Below, piece by piece: positions 25,006-38,259 of a DNA stretch of 64,000 nt. The stretch is from positions 13,888,001-13,952,000 of the forward strand of contig NC_086108.1 of assembly GCF_963921235.1 (NCBI RefSeq), given 5' to 3'. The notes beneath the pieces were generated by a model, which did not search any database, was not told the DNA's origin, and was given only the letters and a program-made list of their open reading frames with translations. Positions within the stretch are counted from its first letter, which is position 1, and each line of letters opens with the position of its first letter. The DNA comes from Mobula hypostoma (Eukaryota). Both the position numbers and the translations under genes were made by a program.

Positions 25006-25864
25006 GGAAAATGAAACTGGTTTAGATGAGAATTTTTGGTTGCCATGGACAAGTTGCAATGCTTCGGTGCTGTATTATTGTAGACTCTGTCACCCTAAAC
25101 CTATCGCTATTGTGTAAGCGATCATCAGAACAGCTCAGATAGAGTTCAGCTTCAGCACAAGAACTTGGCTTTCTTCATGCTGGAGCTACCTGGAGCAGTC
25201 AGTGGGAGTAGACCTGTGAGTAATCAGGAGTGTGGGGGAAGTTTTTGAAAATAAAATCAGAGATGACTGTATAGGAAGACTGTTCCCTCTTCTGAGAGGC
25301 TGTTGGTTGTGTTGCAACTTGCAGCAAGACATATATAATTAAAATTAGCAACAAGCAAGGCTATTATCTAGACTAATGCATTATATAATAAAGCTGTTTC
25401 ATTAATTGTATTTCAAAACCAAACAGATACAACACAAAGAACACCATGTAGGGTTCGGTGTGGTTTACTGGGGATAATGAATTAATAAAATGTTTATTTG
25501 AAAAGGAAAGAGAAGAATTTAAACAATGACACTGGGAAAGAAACAGGGAAAGGGAGCCTGTTGACCGTAAAGTGACCATTATACCAGTTACCACCTCCTT
25601 GGCTTCCAGACCACATCCCCAGTGCCCTCCTCTACCTTTACATAAAACTATAAAGAGTTTTGATTTAAGATGTACAGTGAAAGAAAACAGGGACACTGCA
25701 AGCACAATGCCAGTGCCCACCCTACCTTTCTGACCATCACATAAAAACTATACAGAACTTTGATTTAGGATTCACAGTGAAAGAAAACACTGCACATGCA
25801 AACGGTGACAAATTATTGCAAAAATGATTCAAATCTATCTAAAGCTACATGGGATGGGAACCAC

Positions 25865-26545
25865 TCCTGGGGGCTTCCGACCGGCCGTTTCTCAATCTCT
25901 CAAGAACACGGCCTAGACGAGGAGCACGCCTTCAGGATTCGGAGATTTTGCAGTGCTGGCGATGAGCCGGTGCCACCAACTGAAACATCATGGGAGAAAA
26001 CGGAAGATTGGGAATAGTGGATTGGCTGTCGGGGGCTCTGTACTTGGCGAATCGCGTGCTCTCTTTCTTCCTCTCACTGGTGAGGGAGAGGTTGCTGCCG
26101 ATTCTCGGGTTGGAGAACTCAGGGAAAAGAGCGATGCAGCAGACTTTAGCACCATAAGATCAGCAAGTTGTTTTCCTTATGTCTTCTCTCTCGCTGTGAA
26201 AGGGGAACATTTCTCTGGCCCTTTATTAGGGAGAAAGAAAGCCTGTGGTCTGTCGAATTGCCTGGTGAATTATTTGTTTTCATTGTGCTGCATATCATGG
26301 TCTTTATTGGGGGCTTTACTTGGTGGATGGAGGGTGCTGATGTTTTTTGCTGAAATAAGTGGGGGTGGGGTAGGGTCATTGCTGTTTGTGCGTGGGAGGG
26401 GGAGTAGGGAGAGCTTTGGGGTTCTAACGTTCTTTAGGGAACTCTTCTGGTTTTGTGGATGTCTGCAAAGAACATGAATTTCAGGGTCTATATTGTATGC
26501 ATTCTCTGATACTAAATGGAACTATTGAACTATTGAAGTATTGAA
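25865..26545 (+). mobile_element. Non-autonomous LINE-tailed element
   Basis: CpG-rich 5' part, T-rich 3' part, a gcaaagaacatgaatttcagg motif and a (AACTATTG)n-like tail. Confidence 0.55.
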
Positions 26546-27034
26546 ATAAAATTATTTCTTTATTTTGCAGTAAAAACTATTTTCATCAGCAATTTTAGTG
26601 CTTACATTAGTAGTCCAAGTATTCAGTACTTCATTGCTTTTTCACCTTTCAATGAGATGGATGGGCTTGGTGCAGTGATATCAGCTTCTCAGCATCAGGC
26701 TGAATATCACTTAGAAGGAGTATCAGATCCCCACTTCCAGTAATTTGCAGCCTGTTTCATTGTTTGAGAGAAGTTGGGTGACTGCACTGAAGGGCAATTC
26801 TCTAAATATGATGTTGGAAAGACAACAAAGGACATTTTGACCTTCTTCTGCACTGCAGGATAGCGTTCAGAGATTTCTTTCTGCAACCAAAAGTCTTGAT
26901 TTGAATTTTTGAACCTCAGCTTCAGAAGGTAGGAGAATGGAGTTGAGAGGGAAATGGATCAGCCATGAAGAAATGGGAAAGCAGACTTGATGGGCCAAAT
27001 GGCCTAATTCTGCTCCTATATCTTATGATCTTCA

Positions 27035-27667
27035 AGTCAAATTCGGCGGGAGGAGAGAAAGCAGTGCACCGCGCATGCGCAGCCTTCTGGTGAAAAATGA
27101 TATCGTATCCGTTAAATAGGGGCTGTGGACAATTCTGATTTGATAGAGATGGACGTGAAAGCACAGAGGAACATCTGGAAAAATTTCTGAAACGCTCGTT
27201 CGCTGCTGTTGTTACTGTGTGATCCGGAACCTTTCGGAGGGAAGGCCTCAAAAATCCCTGGCTTTGCCTGCTGTTGGTGATCAAGATGGAGGTCGAATCG
27301 CTCGGATAGAGATGGCACTCAGTACTCGGTGTCGGAGAGCTGATCAGAGCTCGAAGTTTTCGGATGACTCAGAGTCGGACCGTGGTCGGATATGGCAGGG
27401 AGAGTTTTTCTTCCTTCTCCCATCTGCGTGAGATGTGGGACATTTGAGAGACTTTGAACTTTTACTGTGCTCATGGACTTCTTCATCAAGTTATGGTATT
27501 GTTGCACTGTTGTAACTATATATTATAATTATATGGTTTTGTTAGTTTTTTCAGTTTTGGTCTGTCCTGTGTTTTGTGATATCACACCAGAGGAAATATT
27601 GTATCATTTCTTAATGCATGCATTACTAAATGACAATAAAAGAGGACTGCGTGTCTTCATAATCTAA
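27035..27667 (+). mobile_element. Young CpG-rich non-autonomous element with a Rex1-like tail
   Basis: High CpG content, GCGCATGCGC at 27071-27080 and 3' end aaatgacaataaaagaggac...ataatct. No coding motifs. Confidence 0.55.
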
Positions 27668-29100
27668 AAAATTCATTTTTGTATCAAGATCAGTTCTTGC
27701 TCCGTCCTTCCTGTTAATTCCTCATTACAACTGTTCAGGAATCAATTTATTACCCAATGTGGAATCTGGATAAAGGGAAGCTCCTGTGATCTCTCTGACA
27801 TGTCTCTGTACCGCTCATCCAGGTGCGCACAGTATACCTGCAGATCATCATCTGGCATTCATTCTTTTTCTTCCAACTCAGAGAAGCTTGAAAATTGGAA
27901 AAGGTCAGGACAGCCAGTATTGCACTCAAATAAGGTTAACTTGGACAGAAATATGGCGATGACTGATTAGACTTTGGTAAGATTCACATAATTTCCTTGT
28001 AATTGAAGACTGATTTCATTAAACTTTGTGAATAATTCTGATAAATAAGCAATGTCATGCCTAATAACTTGATTACTGAATGAAGCATTGGAGTCTTCAA
28101 AGAATTTTATCAAAAAGCGCATAAAAGCATCTCAGGCATTTTTCTTTTGACAGACATCTGGCTTCTGTGTGCAACAGGAAGCATTCAAACTGATTATCAT
28201 TCTCAATATAAAAATCTCGAAATATCAAGAATTGAGATCATGGAACTTGATTATATTTACCGCTGTGATAACAATATTTAATGATTTATGCAGCAAGATG
28301 TGCACTGTGAATTACACAGGGAATGGTAAATATGTTAGGTGCAGCATTTTTTCAAGAAAATAATAACCCAGAGGTGGTGTCCTGTCATTGATGGTTCCCC
28401 CATTTGTTGCTCAAGTAAGAATGTTGGTGAGTGGAATGTCATTCTCTTTGAAAAATTGCTCAGCAACCCTGAAATGTTGACTCCCACTTCATATCTGTTT
28501 CTCGTCCCCTTGCAGATGAAAACTCTTGAACCATGCTTTCAGCATTTATGAAGCAAGCATAACCAAGAAGCAAATATTCGTTGCCTGGCAAAGTTGACTC
28601 ATCCACTGCAGAGCAAATTCTGTTGTCCTAAGTATGTTTCACAATGTGTCTTCCACATTCTCAGACATTTCATCTACTTGTCTTTGACTAGATTACCTTC
28701 ATAGTTCATCTTTTCCCTCCTTATCGCTGTTTTAGATGCCTTCTGTTGATTTTTAAAAACTTCCCAATCCTCCAACTTTCCCACTATATGTTGATATATT
28801 ATATGCCTCTCTTTTGCTTTTATGCTGTCTTTGATTTCCTTTGTCATCCACAGTGTACTGTCTCCTTGCATTTGCCCTACCAAGGTGCAACACCTCACAT
28901 TTATCTGGGTTAAACTCCATCTGCCATTTTCAGCCCACATCTGCAACTGATCTATTCTTTGCCATGTATTCTTTGCCAGTTTTCTACACGCTCCACAACT
29001 CCACCAATCTTGATATTATCCACAAACTTACTAACCCACCTATCTACATTTTCATCTAGGTCATTTATGTACATCACAAACAACAGAGGTCCCTGTGGAA

Positions 29101-29370
29101 TTTCAGCCAGAGACTCATTCCACCGAGATGCAACACAAAGCGTCATAGGAGGTCATTCCTGCCCGTGGCCATCAAACTTTACAACTTCTCCCTTGGAGGG
29201 TCAGACACTCTGAGCCAATAGGCTGGTCCTGGACTTATTTCCCAGCATAATTTACATATTACTATTTAACTATTTATGGTTTTATTACTACTTAATTATT
29301 TATTGTGCAACTGTAATGAAAACCAATTTCCCCCAGGATCAATAAAGTATGACTATGACTATGACTATGA
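29101..29370 (+). mobile_element. 3' end of the same Rex1/Babar family as 14257-15346
   Basis: Near-identical to 15081-15346, with a (TATGAC)n tail. Confidence 0.9.
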
Positions 29371-30811
29371 ATCACAGACCTCCAGCTCGAATAAGTCTCT
29401 TCAACCACTACCCTCCCTCTTCTACGCTCATCCATGCAGACAACATCCACTGCTCTACCTTCATCAATCTCTGTCATCACTTTGACAAAAAACTCTATCA
29501 ACACAGTGCAGTGTTGTCTCTCCCTAATTAGGCCATGGGTTTCCAAATGCTCATATATGCTATCCCGAAGAATTTTCTCCAGGAATTTCCCTACAACTAT
29601 CGTGAGACTCAACAGTCTATAAATGCCAGGATTTTCCCTTGTTCCCCCCTTCTTAAACAGAGGTACAACGTTAGCCACTTGCCAGTCCTCTGGGACCTCG
29701 CCTGTAGCCAGAGAGGACAGAAAGATACTGGTCAATGACCCACCAATCTCGTCTTTTGCCTCCTTCAATAACCTGGGGTAAATCCCATCAAGCCCTGGGC
29801 ACTTATCCACCTTAATACGTATTAGGAGGCTCAACACTTTCTCCTCCTTGACCTCTAAACACCCTAACATATTTACATATACACTCAGCAATGATTTCCT
29901 GGTCCTCCATGTCCTTTTCCTTGGTAATACTGAAGCAAAGTACTCACGAAGTACCTCACTCACGTTCTCTGCATCCAAGCACATGTTCCCTTTATCCATG
30001 AGTGGTCCTGTCCTCTCCCTAGTTATCCACTTACTCTTGATGTATGTATAGAATGCCTTGGGATTCACCTTAATCCTACTTGCCAAGGACTTCTCATGCC
30101 CCCTCCTGTCTTCCCTAATTCCCTTCTTTAGTTCTTTTCTGGCTTCATTATAATCCTCATGTGCTTTGTTTGATCCCGACTTCCAAAGCTTTACATACTT
30201 TTCCTTTTTTTCCTTGACTAAATTCATCACCTCTCCGGATGTCTAAGGTTCTCTTAGCCTCCCATCCCCGTCCTTCCTTCTAACAGGAACATACCTTTCC
30301 TGTACTTTGTGCAATTGATCTTTAATCACCCTCCACATGTCTAATGTGGACTTGCCAGAGAAAAAGTGTCCCCAATTAACACTCCTGTTAATGCCCTCAT
30401 AATTTGCCCTACTCCAATTGAAGATTCTCCCTCAAGGACCAAACCTATCCTTATCTGTAGCTATCCTGAACGTTAAGGAGTTGTGGTCACTGTTCCCTAA
30501 CTGCTCACCCACTGAAAGTTCAGTCACCTGGCCAGGCTCATTCTCCGATACTAGGACTAGTATGGCTCCTCTTCTCATTGGACTGTCCACATACTGATTT
30601 AAGAAACCCTCCAGGAGTCCTATCTAAACCCCTTGATCTAAGAAGGTCCCAGTTTATATCAGGGAAGTTGAAATCCTCCATGACAACAACCCGATTATTT
30701 TTACATATTTCTTTAATCTGATTACATATCTATTCCTCAATGTCCTGGTGGATATTTGGGGGAGGGGGGCGGGGTCTGTTGTACACTCTCATCAGTGTGA
30801 TTGCACCCTTC

Positions 30812-33800
30812 ATTGTATTAATGAATATTTTGCTTCAGTATTCACTACGGAAAAGGACCTTGGTGATTGTAGGGGTGACTTACAGCAGACTGAAGAGCTT
30901 GAGCATTTAGACATTAAGAAAGAGGATGTGCTGGAGATTTTGGAAAGCATCAAGTTGGTTAAGTCACCAGGACTGGATGATATAGAAACATAGAAACATA
31001 GAAACATAGAAAATAGGTGCAGGAGTAGGCCATTCGGCCCTTCGAGCCTGCACCGCCATTTATTATGATCATGGCTGATCATCCAACTCAGAACCCCGCC
31101 CCAGCCTTCCCTCCATACCCCCTGACCCCTGTAGCCACAAGGGCCATATCTAACTCCCTCTTAAATATAGCCAATGAACCGGCCTCAACAGTTTCCTGTG
31201 GCAGAGAATTCCACAGATTCACCACTCTCTGTGTGAAGAAGTTTTTCCTAATCTCGGTCCTAAAAGGCTTCCCCTCTATCCTCAAACTGTGACCCCTCGT
31301 TCTGGACTTCCCCAACATCGGGAACAATCTTCCTGCATCTAGCCTGTCCAATCCCTTCAGGATCTTATACGTTTCAATCAGATCCCCCCTCAATCTTCTA
31401 AATTCCAACGAGTACAAGCCCAGTTCATCCAGTCTTTCTTCATATGAAAGTCCTGCCATCCCAGGAATCAATCTGGTGAACCTTCTTTGTACTCCCTCTA
31501 TGGCAAAGATGTCTTTCCTCAGATTAGGGGACCAAAACTGCACACAATACTCCAGGTGTGGTCTCACCAAGGCCTTGTACAACTGCAGTAGTACCTCCCT
31601 GCTCCTGTACTCGAATCCTCTTGCTATAAATGCCAGCATACCATTCGCCTTTTTCACCACCTGCTGTACCTGCATGCCCACTTTCAATGACTGGTGTATA
31701 ATGACACCCAGGTCTCGTTGCACCTCCCCTTTTCCTAATCGGCCACCATTCAGATAATAATCTGTTTTCCTATTTTTGCCACCAAAGTGGATAACTTCAC
31801 ATTTATCCACATTAAATTGCATCTGCCATGAGTTTGCCCACTCACCCAACCTATCCAAGTCACCCTGCATCCTCTTAGCATCCTCCTCACTGCTAACACT
31901 GCCACCCAGCTTCGTGTCATCTGCAAACTTGGAGATGCTGCATTTAATTCCCTCATCCAAGTCATTAATATATATTGTAAACAACTGGGGTCGCAGCACT
32001 GAGCCTTGCGGTACCCCACTAGTCACCGCCTGCCATTCTGAAAAGGTCCCGTTTATTCCCACTCTTTGCTTCCTGTCTGCTAACCAATTCTCCACCCACA
32101 CCAATACCTTACCCCCAATACCGTGTGCTTTAAGTTTGCACACTAATCTCCTGTGTGGGACCTTGTCAAAAGCCTTTTGAAAATCCAAATATACCACATC
32201 CACTGGTTCTCCCCTATCCACTCTACTAGTTACATCCTCAAAAAATTCTATGAGATTCGTCAGACATGATTTTCCTTTCACAAATCCATGCTGACTTTGT
32301 CCGATCATTTCACTGCTTTCCAAATGTGCTGTTATCACATCCTTGATAACTGACTCCAGCAGTTTCCCCACCACCGACGTTAGGCTAACCAGTCTATAAT
32401 TCCCCGGTTTCTCTCTCCCTCCTTTTTTAAAAAGTGGGGTTACCTTAGCCACCCTCCAGGTTATATATTCCCCAGGCTACTGTAGGAGGCGAAGGAGGAG
32501 ATTGCTGATCATCTGGCAATGAATTTTGCATCATCAATGGGGACGGGAGAGGTTCCGGAGGACTTGAGGGTTGCAGATGTTGTTCCCTTATTCAAGAAAG
32601 GGAGTAGAGATAGCCCAGGAAATTATAGACCAGTGAGTCTTACTTCAGTGGTTGGTAAGTTGATGGAGAAGATCCTGAGAGGCAGGATTTATGAACAGTT
32701 AGAGAGGCATAATATGATTAGGAATAGTCAGCATGGCTTTGTCAAGGGCAGGTTGTGCCTTATGAGCCTGATTGAATTTTTTGAGGATGTGACTAAACAC
32801 ATTGATGAAGGTAGAGCAGTAGATGTAGTGTATATGGATTTCAGCAAGGCATTTAATAAGGTACCCCACGCAAGGCTTATTGAGAAAGTAAAGAGGCATG
32901 GGATCCAAGGGGACCTTGCTTTGTGGATCCAGAACTGGCTTGCCCACAGAAGGCAAAGAGTGGTTGCAGACGGGTCATATTCTGCATGGAGGTCGGTGAC
33001 CAGTGGTGTGCCTCAGGGATCTGTTCTGAGACCCCTTCTCTTTGTGATTTTTATAAATGACCTGGATGAGGTGGTGGAGAGATGGGTTAGTAAATTTGGT
33101 GATGACACAAAGGTTGGGGATGTTGTGGATAGTGTGGAGGACTGTCAGTGGTAACAGTGGGACATCGATAGGTTGCAAAACTGGGCTGCGAAGTGGCAGA
33201 CGGAGTTCAACCCAGATAAGTGTGAGGTGGTTCATTTTGGTAGGTCAAACATGATGGCAGAATATAGTATTAATGGTAAGACTCTTGGCAGTGTGGAAGA
33301 TCAGAGGGATCTTGGGGTCTGAGTTCATAGGACACTCAAAGCTGCTGCGCAGGTTGACCATGTGGTTAAGAAGGCATATGGTGTATTGGCCTTCATCTCA
33401 CTACAGGAAGGATGTGGAAACTATAGAAGGGGTGCAGAGGAGAATTTCAAGGATGTTGCCTGGATTAGGGAAAATTCTCTATGAGAATACGTTGAGTGAA
33501 TTTAGCCTTTTCTCCTTGGAGTGATGGAGCATGAGAGGTGACCTGATAGAGGTGTATAAGATGATGAGAGGCATTGGTCATGTGGATAGTCAGAGGCTTT
33601 TTCCCAGGGATGAAATGGCTAACACTAGAGGGCACAGTTTTAAGGTGCTTGGAATCAGGTACGGAGGAGATGTCAGGGGTAAGTTTTTTATGCAGAGAGT
33701 GGTGAGTGCGTGGAATGGGCTGCTGGCAATGGTGGTGGAAGTGGATGCAATAGGGTCTTTTAAGAGATACCTGGATAGGTACATGGAGCTTAGAAAAATA

Positions 33801-33893
33801 GAGGGCTAGGTAATTACTAAGGTAAGGACATTTTTGACACAGCATTGTGGGCCGAAGGGCCTGTATTGTGCTGTAGGTTTTCTATGTTCTATG
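30812..33893 (+). mobile_element. CR1 (5'-truncated), split by a younger CR1
   Basis: LNEYFASVFT.E...KSPG.D at 30812-30982 continues at 32460 into RT (32519-33154). Ends in a ttctatgttctatgt tail. Confidence 0.9.
30983..32459 (-). mobile_element. Young 5'-truncated CR1 with uninterrupted 454-aa RT/C-terminal ORF (31088-32452)
   Basis: NYR.VSLTS, QHGF, VYLDFQKAFD, GVPQGSVL, SKFADDTK and RDLG motifs. (AGAAACAT)n tail. Confidence 0.95.
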
Positions 33894-36214
33894 TCCTATT
33901 TTTGAGTTCTACTCAAATGGACTCAGCTGTGATATTGTCCCTGATTATAGTGCAACTACACCTCTCCTCTTTGACTCCTTCTCTATCTTTTCTGAGAATT
34001 TGAAATCCTGGTACGTTAATAATCCATTCTTACCCTTAGCTCAGTCAAGTTTAAGTAACGGCTACAACATCATAGTTCCATGTACTGATCCATGCTCTAA
34101 GTTCATCATCCTTAGTGATAATATTCCTTGGAATAAAATATACACGCTTTAAACTATCTGACCCATCATACCTGTAATGTTGACTTTAATTTTTTATACT
34201 TTTCCTGCCATCTACCTTCTGGTCCAATCTTTCCCTTAATGACTTGGGTTTCTATTTCCCAGCCCTTTGCAAAATTAGTTTAAACTCTCCTGAGCAGCAT
34301 CAGCAAACCTCCTGGCCAGGATTTTGGTTCCTTTCCAGATTAGGTTCAACCTGTCCCTCTTGTACAGGTCACCCCTTCCCCAGAAAAGGTTCTAATGATC
34401 CAAGAACTTGAAATCCTGTATCCTGCACCATCTTCTCAGCCACTCATTCATCCATGCTATCACCCCATTCCTACCTGCACTAGCCTGTGGCACAGAGGGT
34501 AATCTGGAGATTACAACCTTGGAGGTCCTTCTCTTTGGCCTTTTTCCTAACACTATACACTCACTGTGTAAGACCTCTTCTCTTCTGCCTGTGTCATTGG
34601 TGCCAATATGCACCATGACCTCTGGCTGTTCCACTTTTCCTTTGAGAATCTCCTGCAGCCACTCCGATACATCATGGATCCTTGCACTCGGGAGGCAACA
34701 CACCACCCTGGTGTCTCTTCAATGGCCAGAGAATCTCCTGTCTATCCTCCTAAGTATCGAGTCCCCTATATCTACTGCACTGCCTGACCTTACCCTTTCC
34801 TGTCAGTCCTCAGAGCAGCCACAGTGATAGCAGCCTGGCTTCAGCTGCCATGATCTGATGGGTCATTCCCTCAGCAGTATCCAAAGACATATAGTATACT
34901 TGTGCTGAGGGGAATGGCCACAGGGGAACCCTGCACAGTACTTCTTAATTCCCTTATTCTGCTGGGGGTCACCCATCTACTGAGCGAAGCCTGTAATCTG
35001 GGTGCGAACACTTTTTTAAAAGTCTCGTCCATAGTAACCTCAGCCTGCCGATGATCTTGAGTACACCCAACTCCAGCTGGATGTAGTCCATTCCAAACCG
35101 GAACAGGGCAGATTTTGATGGGATGAGACAGATGTTTGCAAAAGTTGATTGGAATAGTGTGTTTGCTAGCAAAGGGGCGTCTGGTAAATGGGAGTCTTTT
35201 AAAGGTGAGATCATGAGTGCTGAAGGTCTGCATGTTCCTATTGGAGAGAAGGGTAAGATAGCTGGGGACAAGTGAATGCCTTGAGGATGCATATATTGTA
35301 TGTATCTCTCTCTATGCAGGAGTTTACTTAAGAAGGAAATCAGGAGAGTAACAAGGGGACATGAGATAGCTTCAGCAGGAAATAAAAAAAAACAAGAAGA
35401 TTAAGGAAAGTAACTCGGGAGAAAGTTACAGGCTATTTGGGACATTTATTTGTGGAGCAGTAGGAGCTTATCAAGATCCTCAATGAGCATTTCTTCTCTG
35501 TTTTACTGTGGAGAAACATTTGAAAACTTGGGGACATACGGAGGTAAAAGGACATGTCTTGGAAAAAGTGCATTCCAGTAGAGGAGGTGATAGACATTAT
35601 AAATGTAGGCAGACCAGGTCCTGATCAGGTATATTCAACAACACTACAGATGGCTAAGGGAGAAATTGAGGGGACCCTAGCTGAGACATAACCTCTAATA
35701 AGTATGATACTGGAGAGGATTCTGAGGGGAAGGGTATATGCTGTGTGCATCTAGAAAGATAGGATTGATTAGCAGTAGAGATCACAGCTTTGTGTGTGGG
35801 AGATTGTGTCATATAATTATGATTGAGTTTTTTGATGAAGTGTCACAGAGTCAGAGTCATGTAGCACTGAAACAGGCCCTTTGGCCCAACAGGTTCATGC
35901 TGACTAAGATGCTCATCTGATTTATTCCTATTTGCCCGAGTTTGGTCCAGAACCTTCAAAGCATTTCCCATCCATGTACCTGCAAGTGTTCCTTAAATAT
36001 TGTTATCGTAACTGCCTCTTGCAGTTCATTCCAGTTCTGTTCTCAGAATATTCATGTTAATTTGTGGCCATCAAAAAGTTCTGGCTGAGATAACCAAAGG
36101 CTTTTAGTGGCCACCTCCTGCACTAAGCGTCATTGAATACATATTCCTGCCATTTAATGCACAATTCAAGGCACGCCTGCTTTGTCACAACATTCTGGCC
36201 AGTTGTATATTCAA

Positions 36215-36410
36215 TAAGCCACCCCTTTGGTTGTGTAGCAGTTGGCATATTCTTTCATAGTGCCGGTGATCCGGGATCGTGTGGGATTCCTCCAGGTGCT
36301 CCCGTTTTCTCCCACAATCCAAAGGTATGCGTTAGTCGGTTAATTAGTCACATGGGTGTAGTTGGGTGGTGTGGGCTCGTTGGTCTGGAAGGACCTGTAC
36401 TGTAAATAAA
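36215..36410 (+). mobile_element. Internally deleted V-SINE-like element
   Basis: gtgggattcctccaggtgctcccgttttctcccaca V-domain and tail gaaggacctgtactgtaaataaa. Confidence 0.6.
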
Positions 36411-36643
36411 AATATGCTTATGTGTGCCACTCTCTGTTAAAACAATTGCCCCTAAAATTCCTGTTAAATCTCGTTCTCTCTTTTGATCCTATACCCTCTA
36501 ATTCTTAATTTTCCAACCCTGAAGACTGAGCAACTTTCACCCTACCTATGCTTCCTGTGATTTTATATATCTCTGTAAGATCACTTCTCCACTCCTATAC
36601 TTCCAGCTAGTAAAGTGCCAGTCTCACCAACATCTCCTTATAA

Positions 36644-36933
36644 AGATTAAAGTCTGTCACGAGCCGTGTGGCCCATCAGGCCAGTGCTTATGCCGGTTTC
36701 TGTGGCGTGAAGCAACTGAGAGTACGAGACCCCACCCCCAGATAGGACACCAGTCTATCGCGAGGTTAACCCCCAGCATTTTTTGCCAGTACCCATTCTC
36801 AGCTGGGTAGACTGGAGCATTGTGTGGTCATGTGCCTTGCTCAAGGACACACGCTGCCTCGGCTGAGGCTCAAACCCACGACCTTCAGATCGCTAGTCCA
36901 ACGCCCTAACCACTCGGCCATGTGCCACACTAC
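36644..36933 (-). mobile_element. Full-length tRNA-derived SINE (about 290 bp) with a CORE/Meta-like body and 10-bp TSD
   Basis: Minus-strand head tggccgagtggttagggcgttggac...ggtcgtgggtttgagcc and CORE-like gtgtccttgagcaaggcac. TSD CTCCTTATAA at 36634-36643 and 36934-36943. Confidence 0.85.
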
Positions 36934-37679
36934 CTCCTTATAAGTCAGTCACTTATGACAAAGCGATCACGGAGGTCGATGAGGACAGGGCAGTAGACAT
37001 GGTCTACACAGACTTCTGTCAGCTGCTCTGGAAGGCTAGATCATAGAGAATCAGGGGAGAAGTAGCTAACTGGATATGTGGTGAGCTCAATGGCAGGAAA
37101 GAGAGTGTGATCTTTCTTAGACTGGAGGTCTATGATTAGCGGTTTGTCAGTACAGGGTCCATTGTTGTTTGTTATCTATAACAATGATTTGGATGAAATG
37201 TGCAAGGCCTGGTTTGTAAGATAGTTGGTATCATAAACAGTGAAGAGGAATATTAAGGATTACAGCGGGATATTCATCAGCTGGGTAAGTGGGCCAAGGA
37301 ATGGCAAACAGAGTTTAATTGAGATAAGTGCAAGGTGTTGCTTTGTGGGAAGACTTTCAGAGTGAAGTGTAGGACCCTGAGGTGTATTGCAGAAATCATG
37401 TCACCCATGTCGCCAGTGAAATGTAGCACACAGACAATTACTTTGCCTAACAACTATACGTTATTAATCACAATCGGTTCAGACAACTCAGATTCGGTGC
37501 ATAGTTTCAAACAAGACCATTATCTTGGTAGCTTATTTTCACAACTCAGCCCTTCAGTTCACTTCCACAACTTCCAGAAGCCACTGCCTGCATTTCGATC
37601 TCACCCAGTCTAGCTGAAGCTGTCAGGGTTTGATCTTGACAAGTTTTTCTCTGACTCCTGACTCAAGATTGTCGTCTTT

Positions 37680-38050
37680 AGAATCAGAATCAGGTTTATT
37701 ATCATCGGCATGTGTCATGAAATTTGTTAAACTTCTCAGCAGCAATGCAATTCATAATATAGAAGAGAATGAATAAATAAATAAACAAACAAACAAACAA
37801 ACAGACAAACAAATAAATAAATTAGAGTATACGTATATTGAATAGATTAAAAAACATACAAAAAACAGAAATAACATATGTTAAAAAGGTGAGGTAGTGT
37901 TTACAGGTTCAGTGTCCATTCAGGAATCAGATGGCAGAGGGGAAGAAGCTGTTCCTGAATCACTGAGTGTGTGCCTCCAGGCTCCTGTACCTCCTTCTTC
38001 AGTGAGAAAAGGGCAGGTCTCGGGTGCTGGAGGTCCTTAATAATGGACGT
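37680..38050 (-). mobile_element. Rex1/L2-like LINE 3' end with an internal (AAAT/AAAC)n microsatellite
   Basis: agaatcagaatcaggtttattatc tail, gaagaagctgttcctgaatc motif, and microsatellite at about 37770-37820. Confidence 0.7.
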
Positions 38051-38259
38051 TGGTTGGTTCCTGGAGTCCCTGCTGCCGGTTAGCTCATAAGGAATATTTT
38101 ATATATGTTTCTTTACCTACTTTCCAGACATCACTTAGGACTAAATCAGATGGGCATCTTAGCCAGCATAGACCAGTTGGGCCGAAGGGCCTGTTTCAGG
38201 CTGACTCCATGACACTGCCTCAAAAAACTCAATTGTCATCATACTTAGAAAGTCTGGTT

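Larger units (their letters stand above)
28670..35085 (-). mobile_element. Older CR1 (ORF1 esterase, APE, RT) hosting nested insertions at 29101-29370 and 30812-33893
   Basis: ORF1 esterase CCLP.ARI.DV...VHIGTND (34392-34706) and ORF2 linker/RT (29292-30230). Sequence resumes across the nest (gcacccttc | cctattt). Confidence 0.85.
35085..37395. mobile_element. Mosaic of old CR1 fragments with two SINE insertions
   Basis: Degenerate CR1 ORF2 signatures (H.FV.GR.C...IEFFDEV, gatttggatgaa, gagtttaat..gataagtgcaaggtg). Confidence 0.6.

Noticed and set aside
36860..36930. tRNA gene
   Set aside because: tRNA-like head of a TSD-flanked SINE with a degenerate B-box; not a standalone tRNA.
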